A stretch of 58,584 bases of DNA from Octopus sinensis (lineage: Eukaryota): contig NW_021832585.1 in assembly GCF_006345805.1 (NCBI RefSeq), positions 1 through 58,584 of the forward strand, given 5' to 3'. Shown here one piece after another: positions 25,614 to 39,239 of this stretch. Numbering within the stretch: the first letter of the stretch is position 1; every line of letters starts with the position of its first letter. The notes beneath the pieces are model-generated. The model was not told the DNA's origin. It searched no databases and saw nothing but the letters and a program-made list of their open reading frames with translations. A program made the translations under genes and the position numbers.

Positions 25614-26088
25614 TATATTATTATTTTATTTAATTTTCCGGCCGCGTTTCAACCAAAGTAAGTCACGCATACATTAGGTCTGGGAGCTTCCTGTGAAGAT
25701 GAGCGGTTGATATCAGCACAATGTTTTGAATGTCGTAGGCCATTGGTTTCCCAGGGTTCTGGTAAAAAAAAGTTTCACTGCTTTTCCTAATCAATCCCAC
25801 AACAACAGGGATGGTTTTGATTGTAATCGCCATGATCTAGATCTCTTAATCTCGAGGTCTCTCTCTTTTACTCTCTTTTACTTGTTTCAGTCATTTGACT
25901 GCGGCCATGCTGGAGCACCGTCTTTAATCGAGCAACTCGACCCCAGGACTTATTCTTTTTGTAAGCCCAGTACTTATTCTATCGGTCTCGTTTGCCGAAC
26001 CGCTAAGTAACGGGGACATAAACACACCAGCATCGGTTGTCAAGCAATGCTAGGGGGACAAACACAGACACACAAACACACACACACA

Positions 26089-26139
<51 letters not shown>

Positions 26140-26980
26140 ACACACACACACACACATATATATACATATATACGACAGGCTTCTTTCAGTTTCCGTCTAC
26201 CAAATCAACTCACAAGGCATTGGTCGGCCCGGGGCTATAGCAGAAGATGCCACGCAGTGGGACTGAACCCGCAACCATGTGGTTGGTTAGCAAGCTACTT
26301 ACCACACAGCCACTCCTGCGCCTATTGTTGCATTTCGATAGTTTTTCGAATTCTTTTGCTGGAATGTTTCTGTCTGTTGGCACCGTCGTATCAGATTTTG
26401 TCTTCGGTCTTTGATGATGATATCTGGCCTGTTAATATTTACTTGCCTGTTTGTATGGTAACATTCTCTCCCTCAATAACTGATGGCTATATCTACTCCA
26501 TATAAGGGACTATATCTACTCCACCTAATACCAAACAGTCTTCTACTGATATTAACTCTCTTCTGCCTTCCTTTCTAGGTAAGTGTAATCTAGCTACTCT
26601 TGTTCTGGGGTCCAGTACTTCATTCATATTGAATTCCTTCCTAATTCTTTTGTCAATGTATGCTAATTCAGATTTTATCCAATCTACAAAAGCTGCTGAG
26701 TATCTAAGTAACAATACTGCCCAAGTATTTACAGCCTTCACTAGATTCGGATCATTTAGCTTTGACTTCATTAGCTTCCTCACTTTTCTGATATATTCCT
26801 TCTCAATTTTTTACTTTCATTTCTATAATTAGTGCTCTGTCAGATTCTAATACTCTTAGATACTCATGACGTTGTTCTTCTTTCAGTGGTTTTAATGTCC
26901 GGCAATCTGGTAATTGGATGCCTCCACCGCTGACTGCTTGTCTCTTTTTCATGATTAACATTGCATAATTCTATACCTAT

Positions 26981-27397
26981 AGGCGCAGGAGTGGCTGTAT
27001 GGTAAGTAGCTTGCTAACCAACCACATGGTTCCGGGTTCAGTCCCACAGCGTGGCATCTTGGGCAAGTGTCTTCTGCTATAGCCCCGGGCCGACCAATGC
27101 CTTGTGAGTGGATTTGGTAGACGGAAACTGAAAGAAGTCTGTCGTATATATGTATGTATATATAAGTGTGTGTGTATATGTTTGTGTGTCTGTGTTTGTC
27201 CCCCTAGCATTGCTTGACAACCGATGCTGGTGTGTTTCTATGTCCCCGTCACTTAGCGGTTCGGCAAAAGAGACCGATAGAATAAGTACTGGGCTTACAA
27301 AGAATAAGTCCCGGGGTCGATTTGCTCGACTGAAGGCGGTGCTCCAGCATGGCCGCAGTCAAATGACTGAAACAAGAAAAAAAGAGAGTAAAAGAGT
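26981..27397 (+). mobile_element. SINE family B, full length, inserted in an R4-like LINE
   Basis: Starts aggcgcaggagtggctg and ends gagtaaaagag. It interrupts RT coding sequence. Confidence 0.88.
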
Positions 27398-28266
27398 ATA
27401 TCTTTGTTGAAGAGTCTTACTGTTTGTATTCAAGAATCTATCTGTGTTTTCATTCTTACTAAAAAGCTTCAGATCATCCATGTAGAGCAAATGGCTGGTT
27501 TTCTCATACTATTTCTGAACCGACACCGCTCTACTTTTGCCTTCATTAATACTAAACCGAGGAGGATTAAACATAAGACAAATATTACAGGGGATAACAT
27601 ATATGTACGTACCTACCTCTACATGTACATATACACGCATATATGAGTACAGGACACCAAAAGGACGTCGAACACAATGAGAAACGAAAACATAGACACA
27701 AACCAAAGGAACTGGACATTTATTTAAAAACAGCAAAAATAAAAAGGAAAAAAAAGAGTACAGGACAATTAACACAAAGAAAAAAAACCCTTCTTCAGTC
27801 GCTAAAGGTTTCATCTACTCTACGTTTCGAAAAATTCTTCTCTTGATATTAACTTTCCCTAAGGCTGTGTCATTTGAGCAGAGATCTACTTTCCATTTCT
27901 TAATGGTAAAGTTAATTACTTCTCTTCTGTTGTCTACAATCCTGAATAAACTAAAATATTCACTAATCCATGAGCGTGGAATCATGTCGTAGGCTTCCTT
28001 ATAATCTATCCACGCTATTGTTAAATTTTTTTCTTCTAGATTTTACTTCATTTAGAACTGCTTTGTCTCTGTATAATAGATTGTGCGTTCCTCTAGACCT
28101 CTTCCTGCAACCTTTGTGTTCTTCTGGAAGTAAATTCTGGTTGTCAAGGTGCTCGTAAATTCTTTCTGAGAGCATTCTTATTAAAAGTTTCTCCACCAAT
28201 GGTAAGCAGGTGATTGGTCTATAAATACCAGCTGTATTTCCCGTTCTTTTGTCTTTCACAATGAGT

Positions 28267-28479
28267 CATCATCATCATTGTTCGACCGTGGTCGAGACAA
28301 TGGAATTTACCATGCTACGCCAGACTTCACGGTTCATCATGGCATTATGGAGGTCCTGTTGCTGGATGCCTGTATCCCTGGAGATTACATCAGGGTAGGA
28401 GAGTGTGCGCCCTCTGGTATTGCGAGTAGATGGCTTCCAGAGGAGAAGAGTAGAAATGACTTCTTTTTCAGCTCTACAA
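28267..28479 (-). mobile_element. 5'-truncated RTE-clade LINE 3' end
   Basis: Translates KEVISTLLLWKP...RGRTLSYPDVISRDTG...AMMNREVWR* followed by a (TGA)n tail. 10-bp TSD cacaatgagt at 28257-28266 and 28480-28489. Confidence 0.85.
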
Positions 28480-28529
28480 CACAATGAGTACTGTTCTACC
28501 TTTAGTCATCCAATCAGATATGGTTGATC

Positions 28530-28830
28530 AGAAGACCTCTTCACGCTGCTACACCTTCGCCTTGAGCGGTCACAGCGCCGGTGCCACAGACTTGTGATTA
28601 GCATGCCATAGGAAAGAATTGCAAGACCGATTCCTCAAGCCGAGCCAACCGGTTGGAGATATAGAGGTAGACCAAGAACGAAATGGTTAGATAGTCACCA
28701 TAGTCTCTATTGGTTACGCTTGGAAATCCAGTGAAAAAGTCGATTGACAATTGCTTTTGATGCGACCCTATGAAGGTGGAGCCTGAAGTCTCTCTGCTCC
28801 AGAGTTTCTGAGGAACAGTGGGCGAAGAAG
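28530..28830 (+). mobile_element. Decayed RTE/Expander-like 3' fragment
   Basis: Translates ERIARPIPQAEPTGWRYRGRPRTKWLD...WLRLEI, resembling the RTE C-terminal RPRGRPRTRW motif. Confidence 0.55.
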
Positions 28831-29329
28831 CAGAAGGGACTCATTCTTTTTAGGAGAAAATCTTTTAATAATTCAAAGAAATCTTCTCTGTATCTATTTA
28901 ATGATACAAGCTCCAAATAAATCAATAATTTTTCTATTATTAACGCACATTCCACGACTTTGTGTCATCATAGACTAGAATTGCTTTTTGTAATGTTTCA
29001 AAATTTTTAAAGAACGTGCGTGGGATAGCTTCATATGAGATTGCTTCTTGCGTCAACGAAATTAAATAGTTTCCTATTGTTAAAGTAGACATTCCGAGGT
29101 TTTTGTTTCCTATATGCATTATAAAGTTCGCTTGATTAAATTCTTTGCTTAAGAAACGGTAAAACTCGAAAGAAAGAAATTCGGCTTAAAAATGATTTTA
29201 TTTTTTACTACACGAAGTGTGTGTGGGTGTGCGTGTATGTACATATACATATGTGTGTATGTTTATATACATATGTGTGTATGTTTATATACATATGTGT
29301 ATGAGTGTGAATGAGTAGTTAACAGGGAA

Positions 29330-30275
29330 AGCAACGGTTGTCAAAGGGGGAAGCAAGTAAAGGATGGAGTAGGGATGTTGGGAAAATACACATTTTTAAT
29401 GCAGAATTTAAGGGAGCTGGTTGAAAAGGTACCCCATGTGTCGTGAATGGAAGAAGCCTGATCTGCAATATCTGCCGATGCATATGCTTAATGGTGTAGG
29501 GAATGATTTCTGCAGCAGGTTTTGGGCCTTTGACTGGGATCCATGGTAACGTGAATACAGCCATATACAAAAACATCGTTCAACAGCATGTTGTGGCAGC
29601 TATAAGTGGAGGCGCAATGGCCCAGTGGTTAGGGCAGCCGACTCGCGGTCGTAGGATCGCGGTTTCGATTTCCAGACCGGGCGTTGTGAGTGTTTATTGA
29701 GCGAAAACACCTAAAGCTCCACGACGCTCCGGCAGGGGATGGTGGTGATCCCTGCTGTACTCTTTCACCACAACTTTCTCTCACTCTTACTTCCTGTTTC
29801 TGTTGTACCTGTATTTCAAAGGGCCGGCCTTGTCACTCTCTGTGTCACGCTGAATATACCCGAGAACTACGTTAAGGGTGCACGTGTCTGTGGAGTGCTC
29901 AGCCACTTACACGTTAATTTCACGAGCAGGCTGTTCCGTTGATCGGATCAACCGGAACCCTCATCGTCGTAACCGACGGAGTGCTTCAAGATAAGGTCAC
30001 CTCCAACTCGTCAGCCAATCTTTACGCAGGATAATCCTTCTTGTCACAGTGCTTAAATAGTTAAGGACGTTACTGTGATGCCTTAATCTCATTCAAAAAT
30101 TATGGAAGATACTTGGCGATAAGATCAGAGAGCACCGACTTGCGAATGTTTCGATTTTGTAGGAAAAACCCCAGGAAGAACGGAATAGAATTACATCAGA
30201 ACGATGTGAGAAATTGGTCAAATCCTGTGAATGGAGATGTGCTGAAGTCTGAAAAATAAAGGAATATACCCAGCT
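29330..30275 (+). mobile_element. Tc1-like transposase pseudogene interrupted by SINE-A
   Basis: Translates LMV*GMISAAGFGPL...HGNVNTAIYKNIVQQHVV, then IFTQDNPSCHSA, LNLIQKLWKILG and CEKLVKSCEWRCAEV. Confidence 0.75.
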
Positions 30276-31333
30276 TATTAAAAAATTAATGGGGATTGTA
30301 GAAATATCTGGCACAAAGGTGGTGCTCCAGCATGACCGCAGTCAAATGACTGAAACAAATAAAAGAATAAAAGAACTATATGCCTTTGTCTTTATTGTGT
30401 TTGGAACATGAAATCCTAATGGGAGTCTTTAATTTAGATCACTTTAACCCTTTAGTTACCATACTTCTGCTGCGATATATTCTTTCTTTTATTCTTTTAC
30501 TTGTTTCAGTCATTTGACTGCGGCCATGCTGGAGCACCGCCTTTAATCGAAGAAACTCGACCCCGGGACTTATTTTTTTTTTGTAAGCCCAGTACTTATT
30601 CTATCGGTCTCTTTTGCCGAACCGCTAAGTAACGGGGACATAAACACACCAGCATCGGTTGTCAAGCAATGCTAGGGGGACAAACACAGACACATAAACA
30701 CACACACGCATATATATACATATATACGACGGGCTTCTTTCAGTTTCCGTCTACCAAATCCACTCAAAAGGCTTTGGTCGGCCCGAGGCTATAGTAGAAG
30801 ACACTTGCCCAAGGTGCCACGCAGTGGGACTGAACCCGGAACCATGTGGTTGGTAGACAAGCTACTTACCACACAGCCACTTCTGCGCCTATATATACTG
30901 TCTTTGTTCTAATTAATTTGCAAAACAATGAAGAATTTGGACATAAATCAACATTAGGTTCTAGGGACGGTTGCAATTCAGACCATTTTAGCCCTTTAGT
31001 TACCATATTTCTACTGAAACACACTGCAGTTATCGCAATTAATTAAAAAAAAAATAATGATGAATATAGCAAACTAACATTTTCATTATAGTGTTTGGAA
31101 CATAAACCAACATCAAATTCTAATGGAAGGATTTAGTTTAGATCACTTTAATTCTGCAGTTCTCTTTCTCTTTCTCTTTTACTTGTTTCAGTCATTTGAC
31201 AGCGGCCAAGCTGGAGCACTGCCTTTAGTACTTATTCTATCGGTCTCTTTTGCCGAACTGCTAAGTAACAGGGACGTAAACACACCAGCATCGGTTGTCA
31301 AGCAATGCTAGGGGGACAAACACAGACACACAA

Positions 31334-31396
<63 letters not shown>

Positions 31397-31822
31397 CGAC
31401 AGGCTTCTTTCAGTTTCCGTCAACCAAATCCACTCACAACGCATTGGTCGGCCCGGGGCTATAGCAGAAGACACTTGCCACGCAAGAAGACACTTGCCCA
31501 AGATGCCACGCAGTGGGACTGAACCCGGAACCATGTGGTTGGTTAGCAAGCTACTTACCACACAGCCACTCCTGCGTTGTTGAAATTTACTTTGAAAATA
31601 ATAAGTTTAGTTCGATAGCTTTGTCGCTATTAAGCCCGAAACATGAATAAAAATGAAATCAAAATGGTAGGTTTTAAGTTAGACCCTTTTAAAGCAAGAA
31701 TTTTGTGTTATAGAACAAAGTATCATACCAGGCGAGTTGATATCGAAAGGGTTAGATGATTTTTTGCCAGCTTTGTTGTTATTTTTCATCAATAAAATAT
31801 ATTCTGCCTCTGTTATTTACAG

Positions 31823-31943
31823 CCACTTGGATGCGACAACGTGTTGTTTTCCTCAGCCGTTCCCGATATGTGTGGTGTTTGTGCCGGTGACAATTCCACC
31901 TGTTACCATAAACATGGCGTCATCAAAAAGAACCTGACGAGAG
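31823..31943 (+). CDS. ADAMTS/ADAMTS-like gene, exon D (end of Cys-rich domain, start of spacer)
   Basis: Acceptor tgttatttacag| and donor |gtaaag; 121 nt, phase 0 to 1. Translates PLGCDNVLFSSAVPDMCGVCAGDNSTCYHKHGVIKKNLTR(G), with the GCD-x2-L-x-S...D-x-CGVC-x-GDNSTC motif. Flanking exons were not found in the window, so protease versus ADAMTSL/papilin-type cannot be decided. Confidence 0.93.
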
Positions 31944-31972
31944 GTAAAGTCCGTGCGATATTTCTTTGACGA

Positions 31973-32064
<92 letters not shown>

Positions 32065-32079
32065 GTGTATCTATCTGTG

Positions 32080-32130
<51 letters not shown>

Positions 32131-32151
32131 CTATCTATCAATATATATATA

Positions 32152-32202
<51 letters not shown>

Positions 32203-32282
32203 CATATATATATATACACATGTGTGTGTGTGTATGTGTTCCATGCATATTTTTGTCATTCGTTTATTTCTCTTTCTATCCT

Positions 32283-32318
32283 CCTGCTGATGAAGGATTA
32301 GCGTCCGAAGCTTCAATA
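32283..32318 (+). ncRNA. Hammerhead relic
   Basis: CTGATGA-A-GGA-ttagcg-TCC-GAAG-CTTC. The downstream layout resembles F1 elements, but stems I and III are decayed. Confidence 0.35.
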
Positions 32319-32637
32319 CGCTTTCTTTTCTCTTCTTTTCAGCGTGATACTAATGCAATATTTGTTTTAAAAGTGTCCCGTCCATTCATCTTTTTGTGCT
32401 CATTGTTTATAAATGTTTATATGCATACTTACACACTTACACAAGTATACACACAGTAATATAAATCATACCATATAGAAAAAAAACTAAAGATACGATA
32501 AAACATTTACATAGAACTAAATAAAGTACTAAATAATAAATATACAGTATATAATTAGTAAATTGATTACACGTGTTTCTTGGCTATATTTTCAAATTGA
32601 TATATATATATATATATTGTAATACTTGTATACAGTA

Positions 32638-33041
32638 AGGTGATGAGCTGGCAGAAACATTAGCACGCCGGGCGAAATGCTTAAAGGTATTTCGTCTGCC
32701 GTTACGTTCTGAGTTCAAATTCCGCCGAGGTCGACTTTGCCTTTCATCCTTTCGAGGTCGATTAAATAAGTAGCAGTTACGTACTAGGGTCGATATAATC
32801 GACTTAATCCGTTTGTCCGTCCTTGTCTGTCCTCTCTGTGTTTAGCCCCTTGTGGGTAGTAAAGAAATAGGTATTTCGTCTGCCGTTACGTTCTGAGTTC
32901 GAATCCTGCCCAGGTCGACTTTGCCTTTCATCCTTTCGTGGTCGATTAAATAAGTAGCAGTTATGCACTGGGGTCGATATAATCGACTTAATCCCCTCGT
33001 TTGTCCTCTTTATGTTTACCCTCCTGTGGGCAATAAAGAAA
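32638..33041 (+). mobile_element. SINE-C dimer (184-bp period)
   Basis: ggtatttcgtc occurs at 32686 and 32870. Confidence 0.88.
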
Positions 33042-34061
33042 CAAATATTTGTATAGAGTACGACTCCGAGGTTTAGAACTCCGAGTTTTATTTCTTAGAA
33101 AGATACTCGTCTTATATCTTCTAAAGAATATCGAAGTCACTCCTAATATACGAAACCCGCAAACCACAACCAACGCAAACCCACGAGGGGAGCAGCTGTC
33201 TTGCACAAAGAAGCGATACTGTTGAATAAAGTGAAAAACTCATTGGATGACAGAGTGACGCAATAAAAATGTCCTGAGATCTGAATAAAAACTGGTTGAC
33301 AAAAGGGAGGAACACCTGCCGTGTGAATTTTTGCCAAAAAATGCGAAACAGAAAAGAGAAACATGACAGATGACAAAATAAAGTGGCGGCTTTTTGGGTT
33401 TGTTTTTGCAATTATTTGTGTCAGATAACGACGGACTGTAACACATCCCTTCAATTCTGTCCAATATATCAAAAAAAAAATTAAAACAAAGAAATAAAAA
33501 AGCAGAAACAGAGGTAAAAATATGGCGATGACAACGATGACACTGCGAACGCTATTGCTGCTGCTGCTGTTTTTCCTGTCTGATGATGATAATGATGATG
33601 ATGATATCGACAACGACGACGACGACACAAACTTTTTACTCTCATTACTCTTTTACTCTTTTACTTGTTTCAGTCATTTGACTGCGGCCATGCTGGAGCA
33701 CCGCCTTTAGTCTAGCAAATCGACCCCGGGACTTATTCTTTGTAAGCCTACTACTTATTCTATCGGTCACTTTTGCCGAACCGCCAAGTGACGGAGACGT
33801 AAACACACCAAGCGATGTTGTTAAGCGATGTTGGGAGGACAAACACAGACACACAAACATATACACACTCATGCATGCATATATATACATATATACGACG
33901 GGCTTCTATCAGTTTCCGTCTACTAAATCCACTCACAAGGCTTTGGTCGGCCCGATGCTATAGTAGAAGACACTTGCCCAAGGTGCCATGCAGTGGGACT
34001 GAACCTGGAACCATGTGGTTGGTAAGCAAGCTACTTACCACACAGCCACTCCTACGCCTGT

Positions 34062-34294
34062 GACAATGATGAAGATGGTGGTGATGTTGGTGATGATGAT
34101 CACGATGATGACGACGACGACGACGATAATGTCGAAGATGATGAGGATGAAGACGATGATGATGATGATGAGGAATATGACGATGACGATGAGATGATGA
34201 TGATGATGATGATGATGACGACGACGACGATAATGTCGAAGATGATGATGATGAAGACGATGATGATGATGAGGAATATGACGATGACGATGAA

Positions 34295-34325
<31 letters not shown>

Positions 34326-35085
34326 CGACGACGACGATAATGTCGAAGATGATGATGATGACGACGACGACGATAATGTCGAAGATGATGATGATGAAGA
34401 CGATGATGATGATGAGGAATATGACGATGACGATGATATGATGATGATGATGATGATGATGACGACGACGACGATAATGTCGAAGATGATGATGATGAAG
34501 ACGATGATGATGATGAGGAATATGACGATGACGATGAGATGATGATGATGATGATGATGATGATGACGACGACGACGATAATGTCGAAGATGATGATGAT
34601 GACGACGACGACGATAATGTCGAAGATGATGATGATGAAGACGATGATGATGATGAGGAATATGACGATGACGATGAGATGATGATGATGATGATGATGG
34701 TGATGATGACGACGACGACGATAATGTCGAAGATGATGATGATGACGACGACGACGATAATGTCGAAGATGATGATGATGAAGACGATGATGATGATGAG
34801 GAATATGACGATGACGATGAGATGATGATGATGATGATGATGGTGATGATGACGACGACGACGATAATGTCGAAGATGATGATGATGACGACGACGACGA
34901 TAATGTCGAAGATGATGATGATGAAGACGATGATGATGATGAGGAATATGACGATGACGATGAGATGATGATGATGATGATGATGGTGATGATGACGACG
35001 ACGACAACGATAACGTTGAAGGTGATAACCATGATGACAATGACGACGACGATGATGAATGTGATGATGATGACAACGTCGACGA
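34062..35085. repeat. (GAT/GAC)n-derived compound repeat with higher-order units
   Basis: Recurrent motifs gataatgtcgaagat and gaggaatatgacgatgacgatga at ~80-120 bp spacing. Confidence 0.9.
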
Positions 35086-35347
35086 TACAAAACATGTCTA
35101 ACTTCATTAGTAAATATGTTCTATAGACTTTCTAAATACCACCCAAATGGTAATTGCTGCCATTGAAATTCACAAATCATGGCCGACTATACAGGCAGCA
35201 GCAGCAGCGCATGTCTTCGTAGATCTATTTTATTACAAACTGAAAATAGACATGCTAAAACATTGGCAGACGGCAAAGTTCTTTGTCACACTGCAAACAG
35301 AGACAGTTCTTCGCATGATGTTGAGGCAGGTACCACCGCAAGAACAA

Positions 35348-36183
35348 CCATCACCGCCATGACCACCATCATCGCAATGACCACCATCACCGCCATGACC
35401 ACCATCACCGCCATGACCACCATCACCGCCATGACCACCATCACCGCCATGACCACCATCACCGCCATGACCACCATCACCGCCATGACCACCATCACCG
35501 CCATGACCACCATCACCGCCATGACCACCATCACCGCCATGACCACCATCACCGCATGACCACCATCACCGCCATGACCACCATCCCGCCATGACCACCA
35601 TCCCGCCATGACCACCATCACCGCCATGACCACCATCACCGCCATGACCACCATCATCGCAATGACCACCATCACCGCCATGACCACCATCACCGCCATG
35701 ACCACCATCACCGCCATGACCACCATCACCGCCATGACCACCATCATCGCCATGACCACCATCACCGCCATGACCACCATCACCGCCATGACCACCATCA
35801 CCGCCATGACCACCATCACCGCCATGACCACCATCACCGCCATGACCACCATCACCGCCATGACCACCATCACCGCAATGACCACCATCACCGCCATGAC
35901 CACCATCACCGCCATGACCACCATCACCGCCATGACCACCATCACCGCAATGACCACCATCACCGCAATGACCACCATCACCGCCATGACCACCATCACC
36001 GCCATGACCACCATCACCGCCATGACCACCATCACCGCCATGACCACCATCACCGCCATGACCACCATCACCGCCATGACCACCATCACCGCCATGACCA
36101 CCATCACCGCCATGACCACCATCACCGCCATGACCACCATCACTGCCATGACCACCATCACCGCCATGACCACCATCACCGCC
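35348..36183. repeat. 18-bp minisatellite (accatcaccgccatgacc)n, about 46 copies
   Basis: Read directly from the sequence. It is the source of the spurious (MTTITA)n and (AVMVVM)n ORFs. Confidence 0.95.
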
Positions 36184-36637
36184 AGCAAGGTTGCCACTAA
36201 ACCTACATGCTTACATTACATACATAAATACACGTACGTATATGTATACATGCATGCATACTTATATATATATACATATATATACATAAAAGGAAAGAAT
36301 ATGTATGTATGAATATATATATACATATATATGTATGCATGTGTGTATGTATGTATGTGTGTATGTATGTATATATATACATACATATATTTACGTATGT
36401 ATGTGTGTATGTATATATATGTACATACATATGGGTACGTATGTATGTGTGTGTATATATATAATCTTATATATAAGTATTCATATAAATACAGTGTACA
36501 TTTAAACACATAAGAGCTATCCTATGATGCGTTCAAATGTACACTGCATTTATATGAATAATATACAGTCTATGGACTAATTTTTCTACACGCTAGGCCA
36601 CTAGTAGTAAAAGTTTCCAAAATTTTATTACCCTGAT

Positions 36638-36720
<83 letters not shown>

Positions 36721-36803
36721 TTCCATATATATATTTATATATATATATTAGAAGAAATGAGGTGCTCAGAAAATCGGATGGTTAATATTTACAAATATTT
36801 ATT

Positions 36804-36841
<38 letters not shown>

Positions 36842-37163
36842 AAAAAAAAATTTTTTTAAATGTCTTGCTTTGAAAGATTGCATTCGGTGGGATTAGTAAA
36901 ATTTTTGGTAGAAATGACTTTTTGTCCCTCTTAGCGTGTGGCATCTATGTGTAATAGTGCCCTCTATATATAAATATATATATATATGTATATATACACG
37001 ACGAACTTCATTCAGTTTCCATCTACCAAATCCACTCTCAAGGCTTTGGTCGGCCCGATGTACTCTCAACTGCCCCAACGAAAAGAAATATAGCATCTGG
37101 TGAAATAAATTAGAATTGAAACGCTGTCTTTCGACTTTTTCCCCAAATGCTCGAATTCAATAA

Positions 37164-37565
37164 TCTTTATATATAAAAGTGAGGTTGTGTGGTGTCTGTC
37201 TCCTACGATTTAGATTCCTAACTACTCCCACATTTTGCGGTGCAGTGTATCCAAAAGCGGGTATCTTATAGTCGTGATTCATATCGAGCCCTTCTGGGTA
37301 TTAGCGCGCGTCTACGATGAGTCTACGATTAAAAAAAAAATTTACCATAATTTTTTCCCATTTTTTAATGCATTTTTTTTGCTATTATATAAGGGAAGTA
37401 ACTCTCTAAAAATGTATTATTAAATCTCAGAACGTAAAAAGCTACAGTAGCACCCCCCACTTTGTGGTTAGCCATATCGAGATGGCTATTATACTTTACA
37501 TCTCTAAAAATGCTTATATAGTTATTTCCCTTACAAACCCGTGCAACGCCGGGCGATACTGCTAG
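37164..37565 (+). mobile_element. Non-autonomous Helitron, same family as 44262-44776
   Basis: A|TC...CCCGTGCAACGCCGGG...CTAG|T. It shares the 5' ~200 bp and 3' ~70 bp with the other copy. Confidence 0.85.
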
Positions 37566-38697
37566 TGAAAAATAAAATAAAGAAAAACCTTTCCTTCCTG
37601 ATCTTTTACAACTCAAGAGAAAAAAAAAATTCTGTTTGTCTTCATTTCATCGCAAGATTTTTCGGTTTATTTTATACATTTAAAAACATTCTGTAAAATT
37701 AAAGCGGTTTAATTTCTTGTATTCCCTTCGAGTCTTTTACCAGTTATTCCCCTTGTATCATTCAGGCCATTCCGTTTTCCCTTTTCTCTTTTATATGAGG
37801 TAATTACCACCTCCCGTCACCGCCTCCGCCGGGTGTGGTTAGCTCTAAATTATCCGAGTTATCCACACATTTTTTCGTTTAATCTAACATATGAGCAGTG
37901 TGCTCATATGTTTCTTTATACGTATGTTTATATATGTTTATATATGTTTATATATGTTTATATATGTTTATATATGTTTATATATGTATATTTTTTTTAT
38001 CTAGATACACTTTGTGCTTACTGTTCGTTTATTTATTTATATCCATATTTATGTGAATACGCGTGCATCCCGGGTATATATGCCTTTGCTCTGTCACTGC
38101 CAGTGTATACACCTATTCCTGTGTGTGCGCGCGCGTGTATATACTCTTACTCTTTACTCTTTACTCTTTTACTTGTTTCAGTCATTTGACTGCGGCCATG
38201 CTGGAGCACCGCCTTTAGTCGAACAAATCGACCCCAGCACTTATTCTTTGTAAGCCTAGTACTTATTCTATCGGTCTCTTTTGCCGAACTGCTAAGTTCA
38301 TAGAAAAAAGAGCACCTTTTTGATGTAAATAATTTTTTTGTCTTAACATGATCCGATTTGAATTTTTTCTTCTACGGAATGCAAAGGAAGCCTTCTTCTA
38401 TCATAGTCTCAATTTTGGTCAACTTGCGCCTCAGGATCTCGGAGGAGATAGTGTTAGTTGAAGACTACCAAACCTGCCACACACACACACACACACACAG
38501 ACAACTTCAGCTTTATATATATAGATATATATACACACACACTGGCTTTAAGGGTATCACGAAAGCCCTGGTTAGAAGAGCTGCAATAGGTGTGTGAATC
38601 TGAGAGGGGAATAAAATTATAATTAACTGATTGTCCTGTATTTTTTTTTGCTCAAAACCAAGAACTTTTCAGCACACTGCCGTATACATACACGCAG

Positions 38698-38699
<2 letters not shown>

Positions 38700-38730
<31 letters not shown>

Positions 38731-38980
38731 TGTATGTATGTATGTATGTATGTATGTATGTATGTATGTATGTATGTATGTATGTATGTATGTATGCATG
38801 TATGTATGCATGTATGCATGTATGTATGTATGTATGTATGCATGTATGTATGTATGTATGTATGTATGTATGTATGTATGTATGCATGTATGTATGTATG
38901 TATGCATGTATGTATGTATGTATGTATGTATGTATGTATGTATGTATGTATGTATGTATGCATGTATGTATGCATGTATG

Positions 38981-39014
<34 letters not shown>

Positions 39015-39122
39015 TGTATGCATGTATGTATGTATGTATGCATGTATGTATGTATGTATGTATGCATGTATGTATGTATGTATGTATGTATGTATGTATG
39101 TATGTATGTATGCATGTATGCA
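38700..39122. repeat. (TATG)n microsatellite, representative of many tracts
   Basis: Read directly from the sequence. Comparable tracts: ~870-2200 (TA/TACA/CATC), 2957-3210 (TA), 10425-10715 (TTA/TCA), 13640-13860 (AAT/GAT), 15042-15430 (TATG), 31973-32220 (TCTA/TA), 42445-42585 (CA) and 57660-58045. Confidence 0.95.
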
Positions 39123-39203
39123 TACGATAAGAGAAAAACAACAACGCAAGGACGTGGTACACGCAAAGTACTAATAAGACGGTCAGAGAAGGAAAGAAAG
39201 GGT

Positions 39204-39239
39204 ATTTTAGGTTTCGAGCAAAAGCTCTTCTTCAGAAAC
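39204..39239 (-). ncRNA. Minimal hammerhead (F1-related), stem III mutated
   Basis: Reverse complement reads GTTT-CTGAAGA-A-GAGC-tttt-GCTC-GAAA-CC-TA-AAAT. Confidence 0.55.

Larger units (their letters stand above)
26480..28520 (-). mobile_element. R4/Dong-like LINE reverse-transcriptase relic, interrupted by an RTE fragment, a templated insert and SINE-B
   Basis: The minus strand gives WMTKGRTV, YRPITCLPL...LLPEEHKGCRKRSRGT, LSPVIFVLC, SHLLYMDDLKLF (~27460-27497) and KLNDPNLVKAVNTWAV...RLHLPRKEGRRELISVEDC. Confidence 0.88.

Noticed and set aside
33958-36312. Long ORFs of 234-372 aa (poly-S/H/I, MTTITA and AVMVVM repeats)
   Set aside because: They are open only because the underlying repeats lack stops in several frames on both strands. 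There are frameshifts inside the array and no splice or domain support.
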